NCBI GenBank assembly: GCA_003971905.1
Contig: RSEE01000011.1
Coordinates: 434,001-498,000, forward strand
Reading direction: 5' to 3'
Length of the DNA: 64,000 nucleotides
Origin: Moniliella sp. 'wahieum'
Taxonomy: Eukaryota
The notes below the pieces were generated by a model, which searched no databases, was not told the DNA's origin, and saw only the letters and a list, made by a program, of their open reading frames with translations. Each line of letters starts with the position of its first letter. Within the stretch, counting starts at the first letter, position 1. Shown here in pieces: positions 11,784-24,199 of the stretch. Both the position numbers and the translations under genes were made by a program.

Positions 11784-14332
11784 GCACTGCGCAGTGAGCA
11801 CCGAGTAGCGAGCACTGAGAAAGTTCAGGATTCTCGCCTAGCGTGTGTACGTGTACATGTACGTGTCGCGTCCCTGACCCAGCCCATCCATCGCTCGCAG
11901 TTTCAATGCCTCTTCAACGCTGCCGCCTTCGACCTCAGGTCCTCAGGTCCTCAAGAGCTCTCTGGCTGGGATGGATGATTACGGATTGCATATGACATGC
12001 ATCCTCCACGGTCTACGTTCCATGTTTGTGCCTCTCGTTTTGCTGTGGTTAGTATAACCCTGGCCCGAGGACCACCGACACGGTCCCTGCGTTTTGTCCT
12101 TTGCCCTTCCCCTCATGTCTTGCCACGCTGCACCATGCACCGAACTATGCAGGTAGGCTTGCTTCTTCACCAGCTTCACCCTCAGCGTTTCAACAATCGT
12201 TCAACAATCGTTCAACAATCGTTCAATGGGGGCTTCCTAACCGTAATGTGCCCCTCATCCCACTTCCGTTCCTTCTTTTTTACGGCCGGCAGGCGTCAGG
12301 TGCGGCCGCTTCCAGCTTCAAGCTTCAAGCTTCAAGCTTCATCCAGATTCAAGCTTCAAGCTTCACCTCACCAATCCTCTTCCTTTGTCGATGTTTTTTG
12401 TCGCCGTTTTAGGCTCTTTTCTCGGTTTGTTTTTTTTTTTTTGTTGGGTCAATGTGCAATGTACCACCAAAACTTCATGAGTGCGGGGGGGACGTGTTGC
12501 TGTGGAATGAAGGATGTCTTCAAGTGGTCGCGGATGTCATTATCAATTGGGAAGAGTCGAGGGACCGCGAGTTCCCAGGCCTAAGGCTAAGGTCTAAGGC
12601 CTCTAAGGCCGAATGGCAAAAGGGAACGGCCGAGGTGTGCGAGATCTGTGAGATCTGAGAGACTTGAGGGCCTGCGATCATCTCGATCGTAGACCAACCA
12701 GGCTATGACACAATGTACTTTCCGCGTAGAGCCTGTAGCATCTGAGATCTGAGAGCCGTGTGACACATGTGACAATGTGAAGCTTCAAGCTCCAAGAGCT
12801 TCAAGCACTTCAAGCTTCAAGCTTAGCTCTTCGAGCGCTCTAGCAGGCGACTACGCATATGGTGTGTGACGCACGAGATATGATGCAGATGGCCAGAGAG
12901 GTGCCTGTCTCGAGCTGTTGGACCGTGGTCTCTGCATGAAACAGACCATGGTTTTGGTTGGTGTTTGTGTTACATTCTGGTTTACCCCATTTACCCAACT
13001 AGCGTTCCCAGGACCCGAGAGAGAACTCCGACGTGCCAGGATGTTTGGCCCTCGCTCCGGCCACTGTACATGCACGTGGATTGAATATTGAACCGACCAC
13101 AACTCGGGCCTCAGGCCTCCCTCAACAGCTCTTCAGGCTCGCGCTCAACATGCCCAACATGGCTCACGAGCTTTCCTTTCGAAGTTCCGTCGTGCGGTCT
13201 CCTCGCTGTGGGGGTCAGCATTATGATGCAATGATGCGTGATGCACGATGTGTGATGCGCCAATGATAGAACATGCTTGCTGTGCCCTCTGTGCCCTCTG
13301 TGCCCTCTGTGATCAGAGCAGGTGAGCGCATCGAGGTTGGGGTGGGCCCTTGCCTGTTGCGTAGCACAGCAACCCCACTCAATATTCAATGTCCTACTTG
13401 AATCGGCCAAGTCAAGCTTCAAGGTGCTCCCAGATCTGTGGGGCACACAGCTCTGTTCTCTTACCCCAGGGCCACATGATTCAGAGCTGTCTGTCTGCGA
13501 TGGGGATCCTATGTTGTGGGGAGAGTCAGGGAGCCGGCGAACGGCCGAGCGGCCCACCTGATGCCATGCGCTCTAAGATCTAGTACGCGCCAGAAGGATG
13601 TGGCAAAAGGGGCGGGGCATACTACAAACAAGGGGGTGGCAACATGCAACCCAGTGCGAGAACTAGCAGTGGAGGCTGCGTATATAAAACCCGTAACACG
13701 TAGCGGGGGAGTTACTAGTTACTAGTTACTAATTCCTGGTGAGGATTGTGTACACTGTGAAGCTTGAAGAATGCTTTGCGTACAAGTTGAGTACTGAGTC
13801 GGAGTACCTCCCCACTGGAGCACTTGCTTGGTTGGCAAGCGCACGCCCCCTCCTCGTTCCCTTCCCCCATCCACGCCTTGGGCGATACGTCGGCGACTGT
13901 GATATGCGTCGTCACATCGTGATTAAGGTGATTGCTGATTGCCCAGACAGCAAATTGGTCAGCGATCGAAGCATAAATGGGGGCTTTAGATAGCAGGCAC
14001 CAGACCACCCTGGCCACTGACGCAGGGCAGGCCAACGTTGGATATACGTTGATGCGTTGAATACGGCTGGCTACGCACTATGTACGCAGCATATAGGCCG
14101 TAGTACCTGCACCCGCGCAACGTCCGCCCGCACTAGCCAGCACCGATCTGGGCAGAGCAGGCCTGGCCTTGGATGGCCCATGCGCAGCATGCCTGTCCAT
14201 GATAATACACTTGGATCATTCATTAATCAGTCGGTGATTGGTTTGTTTATCGTCTCGCATCGATACAGCACACTGTCCATCGCGGTCCCCCTTCTCTCCT
14301 CCACCCCGCCACCTCCCTCCTCTCGTCGCCCC

Positions 14333-16305
14333 ATGTCCACTGCCCCCCCGCAGCCCACCCCGCCAACATCAGCCAACCCCAATCGAGCCGCCGCCCTCGC
14401 CCCCTCCCTTGGTCCCACCATGCCTATTGGCTGGACAGCACCCCCGCCTGCCTCACCAAGCAGCCATCCTTCCTGGCCAACCGCTGGCCCGCTCCTGGCG
14501 TTGTCTCCCTTATCCCATCTACCCCCGCCTCTTCTCCAGGAGCCCCTGCTTCGTCTGCCCATCCCGCCCATTCTCCAGCCCCAGCGGCATGGGGATGTCC
14601 TCAGCCATGATCCACTCCCCCTTTGCTCCATCCATTCCAGTCCCCATCACCCCCGAGGCTCGGTGGACTACACGGTCGGATTGGTGGGTGCTCCCTTGGC
14701 CCAGCCCAAGGGCCTCCTGGTAGGCGGCCGACTCAACTGGTGTGACATGATTTGCCAAGCACTTGCCCAACAGTCCAATCCGCACATGGTTGTGCAAGAC
14801 CTGTTTCTGTTTATGTGCCGGCTCTTTCCTGAGATTCGCGAATGGGCGGTTGGCAAAGATTGGGAGGTTAGTTCTCGCCCGGTCGGTATGTCTTTAGTTG
14901 CTACCGTCTCATTGACTAACTTGGGCGGTTTATTTTCCTCTGTCTCCACAGGCCAAGGTTAAAAACCGTATCAAGTCCACGTTATCTATTAAAACTCATA
15001 TATTCTCCAAAGTTCCTCGCCCTTCCAATGTGCAGGGCAAAGGAGCCTGGTGGACCTTGACACCGGAAGCCCTTGCTGAATGGCGGCAGGGAAAGAAGGC
15101 TGTGGTGGTGCGCTGCCCACCAGGCACTCTCAATACGAACCCCCGATCAAACGCGACTGTCCAGGCTGCAGGTTCGGGCGGATCGACTCGTCCAAGCCCC
15201 AAGAAGAGTCGGGGGCATCCTCAGTCCCTTCCTACCAGTCGGTCAGCTAGCTTGTGCAACAGCCCTATTCCCCTCGTACCTGGTCCCAGTCCAGCATTGA
15301 CAAGCTCTGCTCCACCTCCACTTGGAAGTTGCCCCCCCTTTCCGATGGGGATCCAGCATCCCAATTCGTTCGGACTGGGCTACGATGGCAGGGTATTGCC
15401 TCCTTCAACCCACACTCTACAGCTGATTGATACGGCCAATCTAACCACCACCTCAGCACCCTCCCTTGGTCTGCACTTTGGTGAGGCAGCCTCGACGTTG
15501 GCATCCATCTCCAACTCGCCTCCCGCCCAATTTCATCCGTTCGTCCTGACGAAGAATCCGGCTCATCAACCATTGCAGGATCCTTTTTCCTGTGCGCCCT
15601 GTTGGCCCGCCATCACATCGCCCCCGTTGCCAAGTCCGCATTCCATCACGTACGTCGCGTATCTGATCCTACTCAACAAGTGCTTACCTGGCTATGCTAA
15701 CATGAATTGGTTCGGGTTCGGCTCGGTAGTGGCTCACCGGAAGGTGGTCTGGCACTGCGCCGGCCATCGTTGTTGCCCGATGGGTCTGGCCTCAGTACCA
15801 GTCCATCGTCTTCGCCGCAGCCGCCAAAGCCTAACCCGATGCGGGCCGAGATGGACGTGATATTTGGCTGGACGGGATCGGAGTCGTACGAGCACCGTGG
15901 CATGATCAATGATGGTACCCCATCTACCCTCTCTTTCCCTTCCACTTTGTCGGTTGACAATGCTTCCCCCTTGCTCGACTATGCGGCGGACCCGTACCCG
16001 TACCCGTACCCACCAGGAACAACCCAGGGGACAATGGTGTGCCCAGCCCAGTCCATTCCGACTCGAGCACAGAACCAAGTGTATGTACTACAGGGATGGA
16101 CAATCCCCTGGGGGAGCTCGACTCGCCCAGTGGACATCTCTTGTCCTTTGATGCCGATACAGGCGGATCCGATCTCTTCTTGTTTCATGGTATCCAACCT
16201 GATGGATGCGAGTGCGATACCAGCTCGTTTGTCAAACCGTTTGCCGCGGTGGACTACAGGGAGGAGAGCCCATTCACCCTCGGGCTCGCTCGCTCCGGGA
16301 ACTGA
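14333..16305 (+). CDS. Forkhead (winged-helix) transcription factor, Fox1-like
   Basis: Spliced domain: NWCDMICQALAQQSNPHMVVQDLF...GKDWE|AKVKNRIKSTLSIKTHIFSKVPRPSNVQGKGAWWTL, with an intron at 14867-14951. GKGxxW is the forkhead wing signature. A second intron lies near 15650-15730. Confidence 0.85.
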
Positions 16306-17366
16306 TGCCACCTTCTTTCATCGGCTCTTCGTTACCTTACCCTTCCAGGTAAGATAAGGGTAGGGCCGATCCGGTCCTGATCAAGAGTCCCTTCAAGCTT
16401 CAAGCTTCACTAGCTTCACTAGTCATTGATTGAGACTCAGGATGATATATGATATTCCCGCGCCCGATCGCCGCACACACAAGTCAAGGTGTCTTGGCTA
16501 CTCCGTTGTTCCCTGCATTTTTCTTGGATTACTGTTTTTAATGCCTGTTCCCAACCGTTATTCGCGTTATTTTTGTACTTTGACCTGCCTATCTTTCTTG
16601 CCTACCTTGCACCCTATCCCCGTATCCCCGTATCCCGTTTATCTCTCACTTACACCATCGAGCGTGGTACACGTGGTACATGTTACTTCTTCGCTTTCCC
16701 CCATCTCGTCTATCCATTCGTCCATCTCCACTCATCCATCCATCCATCCGTCCATCTATCCATCCACCCATCCACGCTCTGTACCATCCTTTTGTTCTAC
16801 ATTGATATTGATTCTCCTCGCTGTGCATGTGCGTTCAATATGGAACGTTGAGGTGGGTCGATTGAGATAGTAAACGCCAGCGGCGGGCCGAAAGGTAGCA
16901 AAAGGGAAGACGGCGGCAGGATGACTTGTGATCCTTCAAGCTTGAAAGGAGGGGACAGAGGACGATGCTAAGCTTACCCCGGGTACCTTACCCACCTTAG
17001 TTTGGTAAGCTAGTTGACATGCCACGCACAGTCGTAAGACGGCAGCCTCTCTTCATCCGGCGCCATGCCCCGCCGCAAGCCCTCGCCGCAAGCTCAGCAG
17101 TACGATCGTAGCCAACAACTATGCTTTCACGCCCATTTTCATCCCAAGAAGCTCGTCCACGCCCACGAAACTAACGCAAAGGATTCGCATAGCTCCCACC
17201 GGGAGGTTCATGCATAAGAGGAAAAGGAGACAGAAGAAGAAAAAGAGAAAAAAAGAAAAAAAGAGAACAGATTGGGCTTACTAGATTCGATCGTTCGATC
17301 AAAGCAAGTCAAAAAGGTGCCGAGCGCTCAAAGCTTCGGGTTCACCTTACCTTAGGCCTTAGGCCT

Positions 17367-19543
17367 CTAGGGATGGCATGGAACAGACGACAATGTCTGG
17401 TAGCTTGCCACATTAGGCCGCCGCCGGATCGGGGTCAGCGGCGCGACAGGGACCGAGGCACGGGGCTGTTGGTCCCGTGTCATGGCCTGCAACGAACGCA
17501 ACAACGTATCCGACCACAGCGGTTCCGCCGCGTCGTTCGACTCGGACTGGCGGAACAGGTCCGCGAGCGGGTCGGTGCCATCCTGCGGTGCACGACGTAG
17601 TTCCTCCGAACGGCGCAGACCTAATTTGGTCCATACCTGGTCCAAGGCTTGCACTAGGTGGTGCACGTCGGCCGAGGTATGGCCCGGAGTCGGGGTGATG
17701 CGCAGACGTTCGTGACCCTTGGGCACAGTGGGGAAGTTGATCGGCTGAACGTAGCAGCCGTGTTCCTCGAGTAACAGATCCGATGCCGCCTTGGCCTTGG
17801 CCGCATCGCCAACGAGAACAGGCACAATGTGCGAAGGGTTGTGTTCGAGTGGAATGCCAGCCTGGCTTAGCAGACGGACCGTTTCGCGCGTACGGACTTG
17901 CTGCGCAATGCGCGACTCGTTGCTTTCCATCAACACTTCGACCGCCGTCCGGGCTCCGGTAACCACATGCGGCGGAAGCGTCGTACTAAAGATAAACTGA
18001 GGCGCATAGGAACGAATCATGTCGATAAACCGGTTGGATCCAGCAACATATCCACCCACGTTCCCGTACGCCTTGCCCAACGTGCCTGTGATGATGTCAA
18101 TCCGATCCATCAGCGTCGGCTTCTCCCCCGGCTGGGCACCACCGCGCACCTGCACATCCCAATCGAGATGTTCAGCAACACCAGCCCCACGCGGACCGTA
18201 CATCCCCCCGCATGCACCTCGTCCAAAAACGTTAACGCCCCGTACTTCTCTGCCAGCTCAATCGTCTTTTCAATGTGACCCACAGTACCCGACATGGAGT
18301 ACACCGATTCAAACGCGATTAGCTTCGGCACATCAATCGGGAGAGAAGCCAGTTTGGCTTCTAGGTCAGCCATATCGTTGTGCTTGTAGATCAACTTCTT
18401 GGAACGACCATGGCGGATGCCGTTGATCATACTCGCATGGTTCATCTCATCCGACAAGATCACACAATCCGGAAGCTTGGATCCCAAGAAGCCCAGCGTC
18501 GCATCGTTGGCAGCATAGCAGGAGCCAAAGACCAAAGCGCCATCCTTACGATGCAACTGCGCCAACCGTTCTTCCAGATCCTCCACCGCACTGTTGTGCC
18601 CGGCAATGTTGCGCGTACCACCGGCACCAGCTCCGTACTTGAACAAGGATTCTTGCATTGCCGCCAGCACACGAGGATGGCGGGACATGTTCTGGTAGTC
18701 GTTGGAACACCACACTGTGATCTCATACTCCTCGTTTTGAAGATGGCCACGAGGTGCGCGACCAGCAAGACGATTGATGTTGTTAAAGTACCGGTACGAC
18801 TTGTCGGTATGCTTGGCAGAGAGTTGGTTATGATAAAACAGTTCATAGTCGAATCCCGGCGCTTGCTTCAGCTCCGGAGCCGGGATCGGCCCGAGCCCCG
18901 AACCAGGCTTGCGCACTTGCTTCACCACCGCACGACGACGAGCAGCAGCGAGCTGGGCTTTGGCCTGGGCTGCCGCCTCGTCGGCCGGTTGAAGCGGGGC
19001 TTTCCCTTCGAGCGTCGCTTGCTCTACCGCGGCTGCCGCAGCGACGTGCGGACACTTGGACGCATCGCCATGGCCATTGGTCAGCACACCCTGCGTAGCG
19101 TGGATGCGTGACAGCTCGTCCGAGGGCGAGTCTTGGTCCAGGGGCGACGCTTGGCCAGCATGAGCCGAGGTGGACATGCTGCGGGCCTGACCAGCGCCGG
19201 CACCAGCAAAGGGGCACCCCGACGCGCGCGGCGAGGCGACTTTGTTGCTCTTGGCAAAAATGAGCGCATTGAGCGAGCCGCCGTACACAGCCGAACCAGC
19301 CGCAACGCTCATAGCAATCTCCTCGTGGCCCGGGATGGACGCGAGGTCGTACTGGCTCAGGTCAATCTGGTCACGGATGGCAGCCGACATGACGGGGCAG
19401 CGCTGGGCGCTGACGGCGAGACGGGTGGGGCCGCCCGGGATGAGGGCGGTGGTAGACATGGCACGCAGCTGGGCCATGGAGGTGTGGCCGAGGAACGGGC
19501 AGGATGTGCGCAGCGAGCGGAGCGCGTTCATGCTGCGGTCCAT
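17367..19543 (-). CDS. HEM1: Mitochondrial 5-aminolevulinate synthase; frameshift near 18205
   Basis: [66 protein letters not shown] (PLP lysine), [21 protein letters not shown]. Confidence 0.97.
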
Positions 19544-20816
19544 CGTGGAGGTGGGGGTGGTGGGGGGAGTGAGAGAGAGGGTGCAAGGGTGGCCGAGAAG
19601 AACCGGAGGGCGCTGGGGGGGTGCGGAGAAAAAGTGAATTGAAACAAAGCACCACGCTTCCCCAACACGGAGCAGGCAGCAGGCGGGCAGTGTGCTGCTA
19701 GGGCGCGGAGGCAGTGGCCGGGTGGCTCGTGGGGGACCGGTGATCGATGACCGAGCCTCGCCGAAAGGCACCAGGGCAGTGGCGAGGCGCGTGCGGTTAC
19801 TAATGGGCACAAGCGCCGCCCCGACACGGTCTCTGTCTGGGCCGGGTTGCCGCGGCGGCTGAAAAGGACCGGAGGCGGGGCAGCGCGCCTCGCCCGCCTC
19901 TGAGTAACTGGTACAGACATCTGACAGCCACTAGTCACATCTCCGCTGAGTCCATTTCGTCTTGGTGATCCGTTCGGCTGGCCTCGCCACTGCCTGGTTG
20001 CGACACGCGATACCCGTCTTCCCTTGGCCTGGATTCGACTCGATCCTTCCAGCCTTCGTCTGTCCTTGGCCAGTTACCGGTTACTAAAAACTGGCCTGAG
20101 TATTATACGCGCCTGCTTCTAGTTCCCCCCTTTCCCCTCATGTGGATAGGTAAGAAACTCGCGGCCATCATATCCCCACTTGAACCGGATACGAGTCGCT
20201 TGTATACCTGCTATCATACCTGTGCAATCACAATGCGCATGATGGCGGGTTAAGCGCCGCCGACTGAAAGATAGTGTCATAGAACAGTTTGGGAGTGGTG
20301 GGATATCCAACAGAGAGAGATACCTAAGATATGTTTAACCAGTGACTCTGCCGCCATTTATCGACCCCCCGAGATATGGTAGAGGGAAGAGTGAGAGTGA
20401 GGTCCGCAGCTCAAAATGCTCAATCCTAAGCTAAAAAAGTTAAGGTCCTTCACCATGTCGATCATCAATCGTGGAAACGTGATTCAGTGGACAACAGGAG
20501 GAAAAAGGAAATCGGTGCTCATCTGGAACGAAGGGAAGGGAAGTGAGGACAAGAGAGCTGGGGGACAAGCGGTAACGGTACAGAGTATATCTACTTCACG
20601 CCGGTCGGCAAGTACTCATCGGACAACCGGGTGCATCAAAGAGAGGATCAGGGAATGAGAGAGGAACAAAGACAAACGAAACAAGCGTCAAGGGAGCCAG
20701 GGACGTGAGAAAGGGAAGAAAAACGATGCTGAACGGAGGCGGGTCAAGAAACGTGTGCTTTTAGTACGGTAGGTCAATGGAAAAAAGGAGGTCCTGATGG
20801 TCGTTGGTCCATCAGC

Positions 20817-22671
20817 TCAGCTCAATGTGGAAAGAAGCTCACCCCCTTGACCAGCAAGGTAGTGGCCGACATCCTGGTAGAGTTCTACCAGTTCCTCGGG
20901 TTGAAGCCCCGCAATCGCCATCTCCAAGACCGACTTGACGGAAGAATGATGCTGGCGGATCAGGGCCGTGTAGTACGTATAAGCCCATAAGCCCATGAGG
21001 AACTGACAGTCAAACCGGTCGGTCAAGCCGCCATGACCAGGGATAGAATCACCAAAATCTTTGATCCCATAGGCGCGTTTGAACCCCGAGGCAAAGAACC
21101 CCCCAAACGGTCCGACGAGCGAAGCGAAGGAAGCCATGACTAGCGTGTGGAACTGGAAGAGCGTGTAGGGCACATGCGTGACTGCCGTACCACCCGTTAC
21201 AGGGCTCAGCAGAATCGTGGCCAGTGTTGCTGCCCACTGCGGTAGCGCAAAACTGTGCCAATGAAACGCGGGGTTGCGCTCGCAGGTCATCTGGCTCCAA
21301 GCGTTCTCCCCCAGCGATCTAGCAGGGCAGACCTGGATCATAATCATAAGGGAAATAAGTCAGTATGGTGCGTGGAGAGGGGGGGGGAAGGAGCGCTGCG
21401 AAAATGTAGGAGGTGAGAGAAGAAGACGAACCATGTAGTTAAAGTGCTGGAACAAAGAGCCCCAAAAGTAGGCAAAGATGACCGTGATGACAAACGCACC
21501 CACAAAGCCTTCTCGCGTCTTTTAGGGGAGAGGGAGATGAGTTGGGTACGCCCAAAGAGCATCCCGCACACGTAGGCAAAAACATCGTTGCAATGATCAG
21601 CGAGGCCGGTACCCAGAACCAGATGAGACCCTCCAAAATCGAGTTGACCATGAAATGGCTGCTGCCCACAATGAGGAAAAGCGTCATGTGGATCCAGGCA
21701 AAGAGGCCAAACTGGGTTTGGAGGTTGTCTCTTCGCAAATGAAGAATGAATGCCATGAACCCAAAGACGTAGAGCATTAGGCTCAGGAATCGATGGCTTT
21801 GAGCAAAGGGGACAAAGTAGACCGTCTCATCGTACACAATGGTTTCAGGTAGTACACCAACGATTCCCCATACAGGTAGTAGTTTGCAATGCTAAACATG
21901 TACCACGACAAGGTTTTGTTCCACATGGCTTTCCGAGCCGCTGGCTCGTCGTCTAGCGAAATGGGACCTCTACCAGGAAGGTCGAACAGATTGACAATCT
22001 CCTTGTACACAATGGTGGCCAAAACGGTAACCAATAAGATCATGTACGGGTGCCCCAGCAGCAAGAGCGTAATAAAGCCCCCAATCATTGCAAATGTAAG
22101 GATGGTACGTTGGTACACCTTGGTCCAGAAAGCTTCATTCGCCTGCCGCCTTTTCTGCTCCTCTGTTGCCTGTGCGTTGGCAACAGGAAGAGCATCCGCA
22201 GCCGAAGCGGCGGGAACGACAGTAGATTTTTTTGTACCTCTCGTGCAATGTGGTATCGCCAAAGTCGGCGAGGACAATTGGACCTTTCTTCTCACTCTCG
22301 GTAGGCATCAGCCCCTGTCGGGAGCAGGGGGGATGAGGGGTTGTACTGGGTGTAGGAGTGGTTCCCTCTTCAACGGCGTGGTGCAAATCCAGGGGCGAAT
22401 GCGGTGGGGAAAGAGCTCCGTCCCGCTCGGAAGATGATCCATGGGAGGGCGATGCGCTCCGCTGGGGTGAAAGGGGAATGAAGGGTCCCTGTGGTGCCTT
22501 CAACCAGAGATCCTTTCCCTCCGGATGCAGTGTTGGGGCTGTGGGAGCATCCAACACCACTTTTTCTTCTTTGGAAGAATGGGGCAGCGCCGAGGAGGGG
22601 AGGGGAAGGGAAGTGGAAGGGGGAGAGGAGTCTTCACCTTCAACGATCAGTGCTTCAAAGGGGTTGGGCAT
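20817..22671 (-). CDS. CDS1: Phosphatidate cytidylyltransferase (CDP-DAG synthase); intron plus several frameshifts
   Basis: LFGRTQLISLSPK and the signature FASLVGPFGGFFASGFKRAYGIKDFGDSIPGHGGLTDRFDCQ; multiple TM segments. Confidence 0.95.
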
Positions 22672-22954
22672 GGCACAGCCAGACCTGTAGTGGGTAGGGT
22701 GTGGGTGTAGGTGTGTTGGGGGTGTGCGGAGCAGTGGAGCGTGCTCAACACGCGGGGACGGCCGCGGCAGTGAGTAGCGGGTAGTAGGGTCAAGCCTAGC
22801 GGTGGCGAGGACAGGATGAATGGATTGACTCGGTGGCCAAGCGTCGTGAGAAGGATGGGAGGAGCTGGAGGGGCGAAGAAATGGGCAAGCGGGGACGAGG
22901 AGGTGGGGGGTGGGGTAAACGGAAGCGCCGCCGCAAGGGGCGAAACGCTATGGG

Positions 22955-23022
22955 AGCTTCAAGCTTCAAGCTTCAAGCTTCAAGCTTCAAGCTTCAAGCT
23001 TCAAGCTTCAAGCTTCAAGCTT
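22955..23022. repeat. Perfect heptamer tandem array (CAAGCTT)x9 upstream of CDS1
   Basis: Directly visible. Shorter arrays of the same unit occur at about 12314-12365, 12779-12825 and 16393-16410. Confidence 0.95.
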
Positions 23023-24199
23023 GATTTCTTCGCACGTGCGGGGTTGGTGGGGACACTGGCCCTGTGCGCTCGCGCACGCGCCCTGCTGCTGAAACCGTAC
23101 CGAGTCGGATGTATTGACTATCGATTGTCTTCCCCAACCTCCGAGGTCCAACGTCCAAAAACTCACTTGGACACCCACCAACGCCGAAGCGATATTCCAA
23201 AAGCTCAGTGCGATCAGCGATCAACTGATCGTTCGACTCGAGGTCTTCTCGGTCCTTGGACGTTGCACGTTGAAGTGACTGCTGGGCTGCTGAGTACCCG
23301 CTGACTAGTAACTAGTAACTTGTACTCTTCACGATGACTTGATTGCGGGTGCTACTTTTTGGCGCCACGCCCACAGACAGACGGCGACTAGCGAGATCTG
23401 AGAATGTCCCAACACTGCGACGGAGATTGGGGAGATCCCAGGGATGCATGATGCATAGCCGATGATCTGGATGATCATTCGATCGCTAATTCATTCACTA
23501 AGTATAATTGCCACTTGGGAATCTAAGCCTCAGATCTCAGACTGGGATCTCAGATGTGATTCATGTGATTGTGGGGCCATAACGCAGAAAGAGCACCAGA
23601 CCCCACAGAGCATCTGTGGTGGCGCACGTGACGTGGAGAAGATAGCGTCGTGCAATTTACGCGTTCACGTGCATTCCGTGTGCTCAGTACTGAGTAGGTG
23701 CCAAGCTCCAACGGCGGCGGAAGATGGATAGGGTTGCCACACCCACCTACGCATGCTTTAGTAGTCTTAGTAGTACTTGAAGCTTGAGCTCCCTCCGCCA
23801 CTCCCCCTCCTGTGTTGGCACAGAAGCCGCGCCATGCAGAAGCGTCGGCGTGGCACACAGTTGGGGGGGTGTATCCATGTGACTTGCGCCGCTGCCAAAG
23901 AGGAAATCACTTTGGTCTTCTCCGATCTCACCCAGCAATGCGTATGCAGCCAGCATCAGTCATCGACCGTGGGGGTCAGCAAAAAACCATAGGAATCCTA
24001 GTACTCCCACTATACTACGTCCGTTAATGCGGTTGAGAGAGCTCTACGGAATCGACAGGCTGCATCATCTGTAGGGCACAGAAAAGAAAGAGAGAGAAAA
24101 CTAGAGAGGGGGGGAGGGCGTAATACAACCACAATGTGGTTCCTCGCACTCCTGTGATGGTTCAATAAAGAACCTTGGGAAAATGGCGTGGAGGAGTGT

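Noticed and set aside
18195..18215. Programmed frameshifting in HEM1 and other genes
   Set aside because: Indels occur throughout the window, often at homopolymers; sequencing error is the simpler explanation.
19544..19810. Upstream extension of the HEM1 ORF
   Set aside because: Begins at a non-ATG codon and looks like promoter/UTR; the ATG at 19543 gives a normal presequence.
22955..23022. Regular repeat array as a CRISPR-like locus
   Set aside because: A pure 7-bp tandem with no spacers, in a eukaryotic context.
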